DNA of 64,000 nt from positions 1 to 64,000 of the IMG/VR virus record IMGVR_UViG_3300008108_007099. One strand, 5' to 3'. Shown piece after piece: positions 18,089 to 30,200 of this stretch (position 1 is the stretch's first letter; each line of letters begins with the position of its first letter). The position numbers and the translations under genes were made by a program. This stretch comes from a virus. The notes under the pieces were generated by a model. It had not been told where the DNA came from and did no database searches. It saw nothing but the letters and a program-made list of their open reading frames with translations.

Positions 18089-20248
18089 ATGGCAGTAACC
18101 TCAATGAATTGCGGCTTTCAAATAATTCTCTCCAGTGGTTCTATCCAGTCTGGGCAGATTGGAAATGCCGCCGTAAATAGCGGAAATATCGCCTCAGGAC
18201 AAATCGGCGCAGACCATTTAGCCAGCGGTCTACTAGGGCAGCTAAGTTTATCTTCTGGGGACGTTACTAGCGGCTATTTAGGCAACGCGTCAGTTGTAAG
18301 TGGAAGTATCGGCAGTGGTCAAATTGGCGGATTCCATATTCAGAGTGGATTTATTTATCCGGGTAGTAATGTATCAATTACAGTAGATTCAAACAATAAT
18401 TACCAAATTAACGCCACCGTAAGCGGTGGTGTTGCTGTTAATCCTCTCACATTTTCTAGTGGTTTAGCTTTAAACAGCGGTAGTTTCTTTGACGGATCTC
18501 AATCCATGATAGCAGGTATCGCTTCTGGCGGTATCACTGCAAATCTGATTGGCAGCGGCGCTGTCACAACAAATGCTATTGCTAGTGGCTCGGTTACTTT
18601 AGAATCTTTAGCCAGCGGCGTACAGTCTTCATTTGTGATTGGTTCTGGAAGTGTTACAAGCGGTACATTAGCGCCAAGCGCAGTAACTAGCGGCACAATA
18701 GCCTCAGGATCAGTATCCTCACAAGATATTGCTAGCGGCTTAGTTTATGCTGGGGCAAATGTTACTGTTTTTATTGATGGACAAAACCGATACCAAGTAA
18801 GTGCAACTCCAAGTGGTTCACTTTCAGTTCTTCCTTTGAATGTAGGAAGCGGCTTAATTTTAACTAGCGGTACATTCTTTGATGGATCCTCAGTCAATGC
18901 CATAGGCATAGCCAGCGGCGGAGTTGTAAGCGGAAGCATTGGAAATGATGCCGTATTGAGCGGCAATATCGCCTCAGGCCAAATTACAACACAACACTTT
19001 GCTTCTGGTGTTCTCCAGTCCTTCTTTTTGACATCTGGTGATGTTACAAGCGGATTTATAGGAGATGGTGCAGTTGTCAGTGGAAGCGTGGCAAGCGGCG
19101 CACTTGGATACGTTCATTTAAACAGCGGATTCGTATTCCAAGCTGATTTACTAGTAACTCTAAATAGCGGCAAAACATTTGGAAGGTATGATAGTGGTGA
19201 CACTATTCCTGCATCAGGTTTGAGCCCTTTACAAGTTATAGAATTGGCGCTGAATGAACCGCTCCCACCTTTGGTTTCTGGTTATAGTGCCACTGTAATA
19301 CAATTTAATCAACAGTCTATAAGTAATGTACTAAATTTCAATTATAGCTTCCCAGTGAGCGGTGTTGCTGTTTCAAGTTGTGATTTAAGCTGGAGAAGAA
19401 ATAATTCAGGACCGTGGACAAATTTGACAAATGCCATAGCAAATCCTTTGAATTACACTCACACAACAACTAACACAGCTTTTAATGTTCAGCCATTCAA
19501 TTACAGGTATACAGTAACTGATACTGCTGCAAATTCTACTATACAGTATGTTAATATAACTCCTCAATCTTATGACCCGCCCACCATGGATCTTTCTGTT
19601 ATTGCCAACAGTTTATTTGGGCCTGAAAGTAATTTGGTTAGGGAAACAGGTAATACAAATAGCATTTTGAGTGGAACAATAACAAGGAATGAAACCTTCG
19701 TAAATCTTCAAACAATAACATTACAATACTTGCTAAGTGGCACTTGGGTTGATGGGTATGGCCCAATAAATATTTCTGGATCGGCCACATATACAACTCC
19801 CGCGCAGTCTGTAAATGATAGTGCGTTAGGTTATGCGAGTGGAACAGCTTACAGAATACATTACACTGACATTTATACTAGCGGCAATTCTTCTCCAACA
19901 AATGTGGAATTCCATAATGTAATTTGGTATGGCCCAAGTAGTATAATTCCATCAAATTCAGCACAAATTAGAGCTTTGTCTGGAGCGATATTTGATAATG
20001 GGATAAATCCATTTAACCTCAACACCGGAACAACTGATAACAACTTTGCAGTAGCGATGCCATCAGGACAAGTTTTGGCTTTGGCATTAGACATTACAGC
20101 TGCCAGCTCTGATGTAACAGCTAGCTACAGCGGCAATCCATTCAGCGTGGACAACGCCGCTGCGCTTGCTACTCCATATAACGTTTACACCATGACGAAT
20201 GCTATTCCGTACAACACGGACCACATTCAGCAAATCTATAGAAGTTGA
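18089..20248 (+). CDS. Fibre-like protein: N-terminal IASG repeats plus C-terminal beta-rich domain
   Basis: SGNIASGQIG repeats over the first ~350 aa, followed by unique beta-strand-rich sequence. Confidence 0.7.
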   Translation: MAVTSMNCGFQIILSSGSIQSGQIGNAAVNSGNIASGQIGADHLASGLLGQLSLSSGDVTSGYLGNASVVSGSIGSGQIGGFHIQSGFIYPGSNVSITVDSNNNYQINATVSGGVAVNPLTFSSGLALNSGSFFDGSQSMIAGIASGGITANLIGSGAVTTNAIASGSVTLESLASGVQSSFVIGSGSVTSGTLAPSAVTSGTIASGSVSSQDIASGLVYAGANVTVFIDGQNRYQVSATPSGSLSVLPLNVGSGLILTSGTFFDGSSVNAIGIASGGVVSGSIGNDAVLSGNIASGQITTQHFASGVLQSFFLTSGDVTSGFIGDGAVVSGSVASGALGYVHLNSGFVFQADLLVTLNSGKTFGRYDSGDTIPASGLSPLQVIELALNEPLPPLVSGYSATVIQFNQQSISNVLNFNYSFPVSGVAVSSCDLSWRRNNSGPWTNLTNAIANPLNYTHTTTNTAFNVQPFNYRYTVTDTAANSTIQYVNITPQSYDPPTMDLSVIANSLFGPESNLVRETGNTNSILSGTITRNETFVNLQTITLQYLLSGTWVDGYGPINISGSATYTTPAQSVNDSALGYASGTAYRIHYTDIYTSGNSSPTNVEFHNVIWYGPSSIIPSNSAQIRALSGAIFDNGINPFNLNTGTTDNNFAVAMPSGQVLALALDITAASSDVTASYSGNPFSVDNAAALATPYNVYTMTNAIPYNTDHIQQIYRS

Positions 20249-20260
20249 TAAGGAAGAACT

Positions 20261-23200
20261 ATGTCATTAACACCCGGTTTACAATTACCATACGGAATCC
20301 AACCAGTAAATCCTGTTCCTGTTGATGCATGGTCAGGACCTTATACTGGTGCAAGCTTAAGCGCTGCAGTAGCTGCCGCCAATGCTTCGATTCCTTCAGC
20401 CGTAAGATTTCAATCCTTGCAAGTACGCCTTATTGTAGGCGGAACATCTTACCTTTATTGGTATAAAGATGGCATAACAGATTTAGATTTAGTGCCTGTA
20501 GTTGTAGGCTTGCTTTCTGGGCAAGTAACTAGTGGATATTTGGGTGATAATTCTGTCACCAGTGGCAATATTGCTTCAGGGCAAGTCGGACAATTTCATA
20601 TTAGCAGCGGAACAATCAACTCTGGACAAATTGGTGATAATGCCGTTGTAAGTGGAAATATAGCAAGCGGAACAGTTGGAGAGTTTGAGTTAAGCAGTGG
20701 CGCTGTTCACAGAGAACAAATAGCCCTAAATGCTGTTAACAACGAACATCTTGCCGATAATGCTGTCACAAGCGGAAAAATTGCTTCTGGTCAGATAGGA
20801 CAGTTTCATTTAAGTAGCGGCGCAGTCAATAGTGGTCAAATTGGTGACAATGCAGTCCTTAGTGGAAACATTGGTTCAGGCCAAATCGGCGCTTATCATA
20901 TTGCTTCTGGTGTAATTAACAGTGAATTGATTGCTTCCGGCGCAGTTGGACCAGAAGAAATAGCCAATGATGCTGTTGTTTCTGGCAAAATAGCATCCGG
21001 CGTGGTAGGTTGGTTCAACCTTTCAAGCGGTGCTATTCTTAGCGGCACCATAGGAGACGCTGCTGTAACATCTGGGAATATCGCCTCAGGCGTTATCACC
21101 AGCGTAAACCTAAGCAGCGGATTAGTGGGTAGCGGACATATAGCTGATGGCGCTGTAAATAGTGGCAATATATCTTCGGGTCAGATCGGCCAATTCCATT
21201 TAAGCAGCGGAACAGTTAACTCTGGTCAGATCGGTGATAATGCCGTATTAAGCGGAAACATTGGTTCCGGTCAAATCGGCGCTTACCACATTGCTTCTGG
21301 TGTAATTAACAGCGAACTTATTGCCTCTGGCGCGGTTGGCCCAGAAGAAATTGCTAATGACGCAGTTGTCTCTGGTAAAATAGCATCCGGAGTAGTTGGT
21401 TGGTTTAATATTTCCAGCGGAGCAATTCTTAGTGGAAATGTTGGAAATGATGCCATCACAAGTGGAAATGTCGCGAGCGGACAAATTGGATTGGATCATC
21501 TTGCAAGCGGAGTTTATGAACTATTTACAATTTCATCTGGCGAGATTGTAAGTGGTTTAATTGGAAACTCAGCAGTCAATAGTGGAAATATAGCGTCTGG
21601 ACAAGTTGGTCAATATCATTTAAGTGTTGGTGCTGTAAACTCAGGACAAATCGCAGACAATTCAGTACTTAGCGGCAACATTGCTAGCGGACAAGTTGGT
21701 CAGTATCACCTAAGTAGCGGTGCTGTTAATTCGGGGCAACTTGCTGACAATTCAGTTGTAAGCGGCAGCATTGCTTCCGGACAAGTGCATCTATTTGCCT
21801 TGTCTAGTGGCGCTGTAATGTCCGGACAACTAGGGGATCAATCTGTAAATTCTGGAACAGTATCAAGCGGACAATTAGGCAGTGTGCATATTGCTTCTGG
21901 CAGTATTTACGGATTTAATATCGCCGCAAACACAATCACAAACGAAAATATCGTAAATGACACATTTAGCATCAACAGCACACTAATATCTCTTGGTGGT
22001 TCTTATACGTTAAGCGCATTACAGGTAGCAAGTGGTCTACTTGGTGGCCCATACAATGGCAGCAGCGGCGCTCTCATTGGAATAGCAAGCGGTGGCATCG
22101 TAGCTCAAATGATTGGCTCTGGCGCAATCGTAAGCGGAGCACTAGCCAGCGGCGCAATATATAGCGACAGCATATCAAGCGGCTCTATTACCAGCGGCAA
22201 GATATCTGACGGGGCTGTCACCAGCGGTTCAATTGCAAGCGGACAAATTGGTAATGCACATATTGCCAGCGGAGCAATTCTAAGTGGTCAAATAGGAAAT
22301 AATGCGGTTGTAAGTGGAAATATCGCTTCTGGCCAAATTAGCACATCCGATTTATCAAGTGGCGCAGTCAATAGCGGACAGCTTGGAAATGGTGCAGTAA
22401 ATAGCGGCAACATTGGCTCCGGACAAATCGGTGCAATGCACCTCGCTTCCGGTGTTATCAATAGTGAATTGATTGCTTCTGGCGCAGTAGGACCTGAAGA
22501 AATTGCGGATAACGCGATCATAAGTGGCAAGCTTACAAGCGGTGTAGTTGCTTGGTTTAATATGGCGTCTGGCGCAATCCTTAGCGGATCTGTCGGAAAT
22601 GATGCAATTACAAGTGGAAACATTGCCTCTGGACAGATTGGATTAAATCATCTTGCTTCAGGCATATTAGATTTATTCACCATTTCTTCTGGAGAAATTG
22701 TTAGTGGCCTAATAGGCGACTCTGCTGTCAATAGTGGCAACATAGCTTCTGGACAAGTCGGCCAATTCCATCTAAGTAGCGGCGCTGTTAATAGCGGACA
22801 AATTGGCGATTTTGCCATAGTTAGTGGCAATATCGCATCCGGCGTAATCACCAGTGTAAACCTTAGCAGCGGACTTGTTGGAAGCGGTCATATTGGCGAT
22901 GGAGCGGTACTAAGTGGAAGCGTTGCATCTGGCCAAATTGGTCAATTCCATTTAAGTAGTGGCGTTGTTAATTCTGGACAAATAGGCAATGATGCAGTCG
23001 TATCTGGAAGCATTGCCTCCGGTCAAGTGGGACTAGACCACTTAGCCAGCGGGCTTTATGAGCTATTCACAATTTCATCTGGTGAAATCGTAAGTGGTTT
23101 GATTGGCGATGCAGCAGTTAATTCTGGAAATATAGCTTCTGGACAGGTTGGTCAATTCCACCTAAGCAGTGGGGCTGTTAATAGTGGCCAAGTTGGCGAT

Positions 23201-26200
23201 TCAGCTATAGTATCTGGCAATATTGCCTCTGGTGTAATCAACAGCGTAAACCTTAGCAGCGGCCTTGTAGGAAGCGGTCATATTGGCGATGGAGCAGTAC
23301 TAAGTGGTAGTATTGCCTCCGGTCAAATTGGTCAATTCCATCTAAGTAGCGGTGCTGTTAATAGTGGACAACTCGGTAATGATGCGGTTGTATCTGGAAG
23401 TATCGCTTCTGGCCAAATCGGAACCTATCATATTGCTTCCGGTAGCATTACAAGTGAATTAATCGCATCTGGAACAGTCATTGCCGTTGATATTGCTGAC
23501 GATGCGGTTGTCAGCGGCAAAATCGCCAGCGGAGCAGTAGCATGGTTTAACCTTAGTAGCGGAACGGTAAACTCAGGGAATATAGGAAACGAAGCTGTAA
23601 CATCTGGCAATATTGCTTCAGGACAAGTAGGAGTAGATCATCTTGCAAGTGGTGTGCTTGCTTCAATTATAATTGAATCTGGCAAAGTAACCAGCGGAAT
23701 GCTTGGTGATGGCGCAGTAAATTCTGGAAATATAGCAAGTGGTCAAATTGGCGAGCACCATATCGCTTCTGGCGCGATAATAAGCGGCGCACTTGGAAAT
23801 GATGTAGTAATCAGCGGAAAGATTGCTAGTGGTCAAATTGGCTGGTTTAATCTTGCCAGCGGCGCTATTGTAAGCGGTGGTTTGGGTAATGAATCAGTAG
23901 TTTCAGGATCAATAGCAAGCGGAGCAATTGGTTCAACTCACATTTCTTCTGGCGGTGTTGATTTTTATAACTTAGCCCCTGATTCGGTCAGAAGCGGAAC
24001 AATTGCTAGCGGAGCAATTTCAGCTGACAATTTAGGTAGCGGCACAATTTCTAGCGGCAAGATTGCTGACGGTGCTGTACTAAGCGGAAGCATTGCATCT
24101 GGACAAATAGGAACTGATCATATATCTTCTGGCAGCATTACAAGTTTGCTACTAGCCGATGATTCTATCGTAAGCGGCAAATTAGCATCAGGTGTTGTTG
24201 CTTGGTTTAACATGTCTTCTGGCGCAATACTTAGCGGCAATGTTGGAAACGATGCAATCACAAGTGGCAACATCGCTTCTGGCCAAGTAGGATTAGATCA
24301 TTTAGCCAGTGGATTATACGAACTATTCACAATTTCTTCTGGCGAAATTGTAAGCGGACTTATCGGTGACGCAGCAGTCAATAGTGGAAATGTTGCTAGT
24401 GGGAGCATTGGCTCTGTTCACCTAGCTAGCGGCACAAGCTTGTCCATGCTTAATGTTGTGCCGCAAGCAAATAGCGGTTTCTACTATATTCCAGTATTAA
24501 GCAATAATAGTGGTGCAGTTGACGCATTTAGTGTAGTAGAATTCGGTTTAAATCCTGCAATCTCCTTGTTAACATTGCCCACATCTGGAGCAGGGTCAAA
24601 CTTTAACATCTGGGCAGGACCTGCTCAAAACAATACAATTATTGGTCAATATGATGCAGTTTCAACTAGTCCAAATGTTGAAAGATCAGTAATTATCGGG
24701 CCTACAACTGCAGGCGCTATAACGAGCGGGGCTAATTTAATTGCTATAGGTGTTGGCGCAATGCAAGCGGCAACAGAAGCAGTTGGGTCTATAGCTCTTG
24801 GCGAAAACACCTTGCAGTATGGTGGCGGATATAATGTAGCAATCGGCCATAACGCATTGTCAGATGTAAGCGGTCAACTTAATGTAGCAATAGGCACAAA
24901 CGCATTAACACAGTTAAAAGCCGGCATGAACAATGTCGCCGTTGGAAGCAGTGCTGGTTCCAGCTTGCTAAGTGGATACAGCAACATTTATCTTCTAGGA
25001 GATACTGGTGCTGTAAGTGGTGAAGCAATATTCGAGATTGCTATCGGTGGAATCGGTCTTGGTCAAAACAATACTACTATTGGCTGGAATCAAACCACCA
25101 CTAATGCGACAATTTATGGCTTGACAAATTTACCACAAGGTTTGGAAGTAGTTATGTCTGGCAACGTAAATGCCAGCATAAACGCAAGTGGTATTATCAA
25201 CGGCACCTTAGCTGACGGAATAGTTACAAGTGGCAGTATTGGCTCTGGTCAAATCGGAGCTTATCACTTAGCTTCTGGTGTAATTAATTCAGAACTAATT
25301 GCTTCCGGTGCAGTAGGACCAGAGGAGATTGGCGATAACGCAATCATAAGTGGCAAGCTAGCCTCTGGAGTTGTTGCTTGGTTCAACATGGCCTCTGGCG
25401 CTATTCTCAGTGGCTCCGTTGGAAATGAAGCAATTACATCTGGCAACATAGGATCAGGCCAGATTGGCGCATATCATTTAGCTTCTGGTGTAATCAACTC
25501 AGAACTAATTGCTTCAGGCGCAGTAGGACCAGAAGAGATTGGCGATAACGCAATAATCAGTGGCAAGTTGGCCTCTGGAGTTGTTGCTTGGTTCAACATG
25601 GCTTCTGGAGCTATTCTCAGTGGCTCCGTTGGAAACGAAGCAATTACTAGCGGAAACATAGGTAGTGGCCAAATCGGTGCTTATCACTTGGCTTCTGGTG
25701 TAATTAATAGTGAACTAATTGCATCCGGCGCAGTAGGACCTGAGGAAATTGCCGACAACGCAATTATAAGCGGCAAGCTTGCAAGCGGCGTAGTTGCTTG
25801 GTTCAATATGGCGTCTGGCGCAATCAATAGCGGCAACCTTGCAAATGAATCAGTTACAAGCGGTAACATAGCCAGCGGTAGCATAGGCGGTGTACACATA
25901 CAATCTGGCGGATTGACAGGCGAAGATATCGCTGCGGCAACTATTCAAAATAACAATTTAGTAAACAGCACAATTACTTTAAACGGAAGCATCACAGCAC
26001 TCGGCGGCTCTTACACCATTTCCACTTTAACATTCGGAAGCGGTTTGCAAGGCGGTCCATATAACGGTTCTAGCGGTGCAACCGTTGGAATAGCAAGTGG
26101 CGGTGTCACATCGGGAATGTTAGCAGACGGCTCTGTAGTATCAAATACTATTGCAAGCGGTCAGGTTGGACAATTTAACTTAAGTAGTGGCGCTGTAAAT

Positions 26201-27169
26201 TCAGGTCAAATTGGAAATAATGCAGTCGTTAGCGGCAGTATTGCATCAGGACAAATTGGTCTAGACCACTTAGCAAGTGGAGTAGCAAATCTCTTTACAA
26301 TTCAATCCGGCGAAATAGTAAGCGGATTGATTGGCGACGGTGCTGTGAACAGCGGCAATATTGCAAGTGGGCAAGTAGGCACCGATCATATAGCAAGCGG
26401 AAATATCACAAGCTTGTTGCTTGCAAACGATGTAATTGTAAGTGGCAAAATTTCTTCCGGTGCAGTCGCTTGGTTCAACTTATCTTCTGGAACTGTTAAC
26501 AGTGGAAATATTGGTAACGCGGCTGTACTTAGTGGAAATGTAGCATCCGGTCAAATTGGATACTACCACCTAGCTAGCGGAACACAGTTCACTGTAAATA
26601 ATGCGTCTAATAACAGAATTATGACCAGCATAGATGCCTCTTCGGCAGAAGCTGAGTCCAATTTGACCTTTGACGGAACAACACTAAGTGTTATTTCGAC
26701 AAGCGGTCAATCAAATATATTTACCCTCAATGGTGTATCTGGAAATCTTGTAACAGTTACAGATACCAGCACCAATGTTGGTAATAACGTCCTGACAGTT
26801 AATGCTCCGAATAGTGGACAATTTGCATTTAGCTCGTATGGTTATTTGCAAGTTAATTCGGCAGTTTTAACTGGCCAAAATGCCAATGTTACCGTGTATC
26901 AAATCCCCGATACGGTAAGCACTTCAGCATTCTTCGACTATAGCATAGTCGAAGCTGGTGGAGCACGGCGTGCTGGAACGGTAATGGTTGTTTGGGATTC
27001 GACAGCCAATACTGCAGCTTTCAATGATGTGTCCACAACGGATCTAGGAGGACCAACAACAGACCTTCAGTTTGTTGCCTCCGTGACGCCTTCGGACTAT
27101 CTAGAACTGGTTGCTAATATCGCAGGAGGATCTTGGGATATTAGACTTTCGGTGCGTTTAACACCGTAA
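20261..27169 (+). CDS. Giant fibre-like repeat protein (2302 aa)
   Basis: 5/10-residue periodic repeats (AVxSGxIASGQIG); NxAIG..AL beta-roll-like block at ~24630-25130; C-terminal domain paralogous to that of the next gene. Confidence 0.75.
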   Translation: MSLTPGLQLPYGIQPVNPVPVDAWSGPYTGASLSAAVAAANASIPSAVRFQSLQVRLIVGGTSYLYWYKDGITDLDLVPVVVGLLSGQVTSGYLGDNSVTSGNIASGQVGQFHISSGTINSGQIGDNAVVSGNIASGTVGEFELSSGAVHREQIALNAVNNEHLADNAVTSGKIASGQIGQFHLSSGAVNSGQIGDNAVLSGNIGSGQIGAYHIASGVINSELIASGAVGPEEIANDAVVSGKIASGVVGWFNLSSGAILSGTIGDAAVTSGNIASGVITSVNLSSGLVGSGHIADGAVNSGNISSGQIGQFHLSSGTVNSGQIGDNAVLSGNIGSGQIGAYHIASGVINSELIASGAVGPEEIANDAVVSGKIASGVVGWFNISSGAILSGNVGNDAITSGNVASGQIGLDHLASGVYELFTISSGEIVSGLIGNSAVNSGNIASGQVGQYHLSVGAVNSGQIADNSVLSGNIASGQVGQYHLSSGAVNSGQLADNSVVSGSIASGQVHLFALSSGAVMSGQLGDQSVNSGTVSSGQLGSVHIASGSIYGFNIAANTITNENIVNDTFSINSTLISLGGSYTLSALQVASGLLGGPYNGSSGALIGIASGGIVAQMIGSGAIVSGALASGAIYSDSISSGSITSGKISDGAVTSGSIASGQIGNAHIASGAILSGQIGNNAVVSGNIASGQISTSDLSSGAVNSGQLGNGAVNSGNIGSGQIGAMHLASGVINSELIASGAVGPEEIADNAIISGKLTSGVVAWFNMASGAILSGSVGNDAITSGNIASGQIGLNHLASGILDLFTISSGEIVSGLIGDSAVNSGNIASGQVGQFHLSSGAVNSGQIGDFAIVSGNIASGVITSVNLSSGLVGSGHIGDGAVLSGSVASGQIGQFHLSSGVVNSGQIGNDAVVSGSIASGQVGLDHLASGLYELFTISSGEIVSGLIGDAAVNSGNIASGQVGQFHLSSGAVNSGQVGDSAIVSGNIASGVINSVNLSSGLVGSGHIGDGAVLSGSIASGQIGQFHLSSGAVNSGQLGNDAVVSGSIASGQIGTYHIASGSITSELIASGTVIAVDIADDAVVSGKIASGAVAWFNLSSGTVNSGNIGNEAVTSGNIASGQVGVDHLASGVLASIIIESGKVTSGMLGDGAVNSGNIASGQIGEHHIASGAIISGALGNDVVISGKIASGQIGWFNLASGAIVSGGLGNESVVSGSIASGAIGSTHISSGGVDFYNLAPDSVRSGTIASGAISADNLGSGTISSGKIADGAVLSGSIASGQIGTDHISSGSITSLLLADDSIVSGKLASGVVAWFNMSSGAILSGNVGNDAITSGNIASGQVGLDHLASGLYELFTISSGEIVSGLIGDAAVNSGNVASGSIGSVHLASGTSLSMLNVVPQANSGFYYIPVLSNNSGAVDAFSVVEFGLNPAISLLTLPTSGAGSNFNIWAGPAQNNTIIGQYDAVSTSPNVERSVIIGPTTAGAITSGANLIAIGVGAMQAATEAVGSIALGENTLQYGGGYNVAIGHNALSDVSGQLNVAIGTNALTQLKAGMNNVAVGSSAGSSLLSGYSNIYLLGDTGAVSGEAIFEIAIGGIGLGQNNTTIGWNQTTTNATIYGLTNLPQGLEVVMSGNVNASINASGIINGTLADGIVTSGSIGSGQIGAYHLASGVINSELIASGAVGPEEIGDNAIISGKLASGVVAWFNMASGAILSGSVGNEAITSGNIGSGQIGAYHLASGVINSELIASGAVGPEEIGDNAIISGKLASGVVAWFNMASGAILSGSVGNEAITSGNIGSGQIGAYHLASGVINSELIASGAVGPEEIADNAIISGKLASGVVAWFNMASGAINSGNLANESVTSGNIASGSIGGVHIQSGGLTGEDIAAATIQNNNLVNSTITLNGSITALGGSYTISTLTFGSGLQGGPYNGSSGATVGIASGGVTSGMLADGSVVSNTIASGQVGQFNLSSGAVNSGQIGNNAVVSGSIASGQIGLDHLASGVANLFTIQSGEIVSGLIGDGAVNSGNIASGQVGTDHIASGNITSLLLANDVIVSGKISSGAVAWFNLSSGTVNSGNIGNAAVLSGNVASGQIGYYHLASGTQFTVNNASNNRIMTSIDASSAEAESNLTFDGTTLSVISTSGQSNIFTLNGVSGNLVTVTDTSTNVGNNVLTVNAPNSGQFAFSSYGYLQVNSAVLTGQNANVTVYQIPDTVSTSAFFDYSIVEAGGARRAGTVMVVWDSTANTAAFNDVSTTDLGGPTTDLQFVASVTPSDYLELVANIAGGSWDIRLSVRLTP
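25247..25876 (+). repeat. Three 210-bp (70-aa) tandem units
   Basis: GQIGAYHLASGVINSELIASGAVGPEEI... units start at 25247, 25457 and 25667. Confidence 0.85.
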
Positions 27170-27229
27170 AAGAATTTTGGTTCATTTTATCATAAATATG
27201 GTTAAGTAATATTTTTAAGGAGCATTTCG

Positions 27230-30200
27230 ATGGTAGCTAATAATCAATTGGTTTCAAGAACAGGTATAGTCATTACAAGTGGCTATACATTTAATGGTGT
27301 GCTAGCTGACGGATTAGTCAACAGTGGCACAATCAATTCCGGTCAGATTGGTCAGTTTCACCTAAGCAGCGGAGCAGTCAATTCCGGACAAATTGGTGAC
27401 AACGCTATCGTCGGAGGAAGCATAGCTTCTGGCACTATTACAGGATTCAACTTAGCATCAGGAACAGTTGCTAATGTTAATCTTGTTGACCCCACCATGA
27501 CCCTAGCTGGTAGTTCTACTGCCCTAGGTGGAAGCTGGGACCCTGCCGCTCTAACCACATCAAGTGGCTTGCTTGCCGGAACCTACTATCCTTCTGGTGC
27601 CCTAACAATAGGAATCGCTTCTGGCGGTATCTCAAGCGAACTTCTTGCTGACGGATCAGTCGTTAGCGGCAAGCTGGGCTCAGCAGCTGTTACAACTTCT
27701 AATCTATCAAGCGGTGTAGTCACCAGCGGTTATATTGGTGATTCAGCCGTTCTTAGCGGCAACATTGGTTCCGGCCAGATTGGTTCAATCCATTTCGCCA
27801 GCGGTACTGTCGAAGGTCTTATCGGTTCTGGAAGCGTTCAAAGTGGCGATCTTGGCCTTGGCGCTGTTAACAACGAGAACATTGCTTCCGGAACTGTTGC
27901 CAATGACAAACTAGTAAACAGCGCAATAACAATTGCCGGGTCAAGCACTGCTCTTGGCAGTAGCTGGGCTGCTGAAGGATTAACATTTGGAGACGGTCTT
28001 GCTTCAGGTATCTACTATCCTTCTGGAGCGCTAACAGTTCAAGTTGCCTCTGGCGGAATCATAACAGATATGATTGCGGATTTGGCAGTTACCAATGACA
28101 AGCTTGGCGGAACATCTGTTACTTCCGACAAAATTGCAGACTATGCAGTTGTTAGCGGCAAACTAGCAAGCGGCGCAGTCAGCAACCTTGACATTGCCTC
28201 TGGCAGCATTGGCAATGATAGGCTAATGTTCCCCAGCATTAATATTGCTGGATCTGATACTACTCTTGGTGGTAACTGGATTGCTGAAGGAGTTACATTT
28301 GCAAGTGGTCTTTCCGAGCTAACTTACTATCCCTCAGGATCGGCAGTTGTCGGCATCGCTTCTGGCGGTGTGATTACCAATATGATTGGTGATAACGTGG
28401 TCACCAGCGGCAAACTAGGCGCTGGTGCAGTAAACACTGACAACATTGCTAGCGGAGCAGTTGCTTCTGGCAATCTAGCAAATGGCGCAGTAAACACAGA
28501 AAACCTTACTGACGGTGCAGTTGTAAGCGGCAAGCTTGCTAATGATTCTGTTAACACCCTCAACATAACTGACGGCGCAGTTGTGTCTGGCAAGCTAGGG
28601 ACTGGTGCTGTAACTACAAGCAATCTATCGAGTGGTGTAGTCACCAGTGGTTATATTGGTGACCAAGCCGTTCTAAGCGGAAATATTGGTTCTGGACAAA
28701 TTGGCGCTATACACTTTGCTAGTGGCACGGTAGAAGGCCTAATTGGTTCTGGTAGTGTAACTAGTGGCGATCTTGGAATTGGTGCTGTCAATAACGAGAA
28801 CATTGCCTCGGGCACTATTGCTAATGATAAACTAGCAAACAACAGCCTCACCATCGGTGGAGCTACAGCGGCCCTAGGTTCTGGAGTTGAATATTCATCT
28901 TTAAGTACTTCTAGCGGTTTGCTTAGTGCAACTTATTATCCATCTGGCGCTCTTACCATTGGCATCGCTTCTGGCGGTATCTCAAGCGAACTTCTTGCCG
29001 ATGGTTCAGTAGTAAGCGGCAAGCTCGGCACAGATTCAGTAAACAGTGCAAACATAACTGATGCAGCAGTTGTGAGCGGCAAGCTTGCAACTGACAGTGT
29101 TGCAGCCGCTAACATTGGTGCTGGCGAAGTCGTAAGTGGCAAACTAGCTACTGACTCTGTTAATACAGCCAACATCACTGATGCAGCAGTAGTATCCGGC
29201 AAACTTGCAACTGACAGTGTTGCAGCCGCTAATATTGGAGCTGGCGAAGTTGTAAGTGGCAAACTAGCTACCGACTCTGTCAACACCGCCAACATTACAG
29301 ACGCAGCCGTAGTTTCCGGCAAGCTAGCAGCAAATTCAGTAGCAGCAGGCAACATCGGTGCAGGCGAAGTTGTAAGTGGCAAACTCGCAACTGATTCAGT
29401 CAATACAGCCAATATTACAGATGCAGCCGTAGTCAGCGGTAAACTAGCAGCAAACAGTGTTGCAGCAGGCAATATTGGTGCAGGTGAAGTTGTAAGCGGC
29501 AAACTAGCAACTGACTCTGTCAACACTGCAAATATTACCGACGCCGCAGTAGTTTCTGGCAAGCTAGGAACTGGTGCTGTAACTACAAGCAATCTATCAA
29601 GTGGTGTAGTCACCAGCGGTTACATTGGTGATTCAGCCGTTCTAAGCGGCAACATTGGTTCTGGTCAAATAGGTATAATCCACCTCGCAAGTGGTACTGT
29701 AGAGGGCTTGATCGGTTCTGGCAGCATTGGTAGCGGCGATTTAGCAATTGGCGCTGTAAACAATGAGAATATTGCAAGTGGAACAATAGCCAACGATAAG
29801 CTTGCAAATAACAGCCTCACCATCGGTGGTGCTACAGCTGCTCTAGGTTCTGGGGTTGCCTACGAAGCTCTTACTATAGGAGCTGGTTTATTTGGAGGCA
29901 CCTACTATCCTTCCGGCGCAGTCACGATTAGCATCGCATCTGGCGGTGTACTTTCGGACATGATTTATGACGCAGCAGTTGTTAGCGGCAAGCTCGGCAC
30001 AGACTCAGTAAACAGTGCAAACATAACTGCCGCAGCAGTAGTTTCTGGTAAGCTTGCAGCAAACAGCGTTGCAGCAAGTAATATTGGTGCTGGAGAAGTT
30101 ACAAGCGGCAAGCTTGCTAATGACTCTGTCAATACTGCAAATATTACTGACAACGCAGTAGTTAGTGGCAAGATTGCTTCCGGTTCTCTTGAATTCGTTA

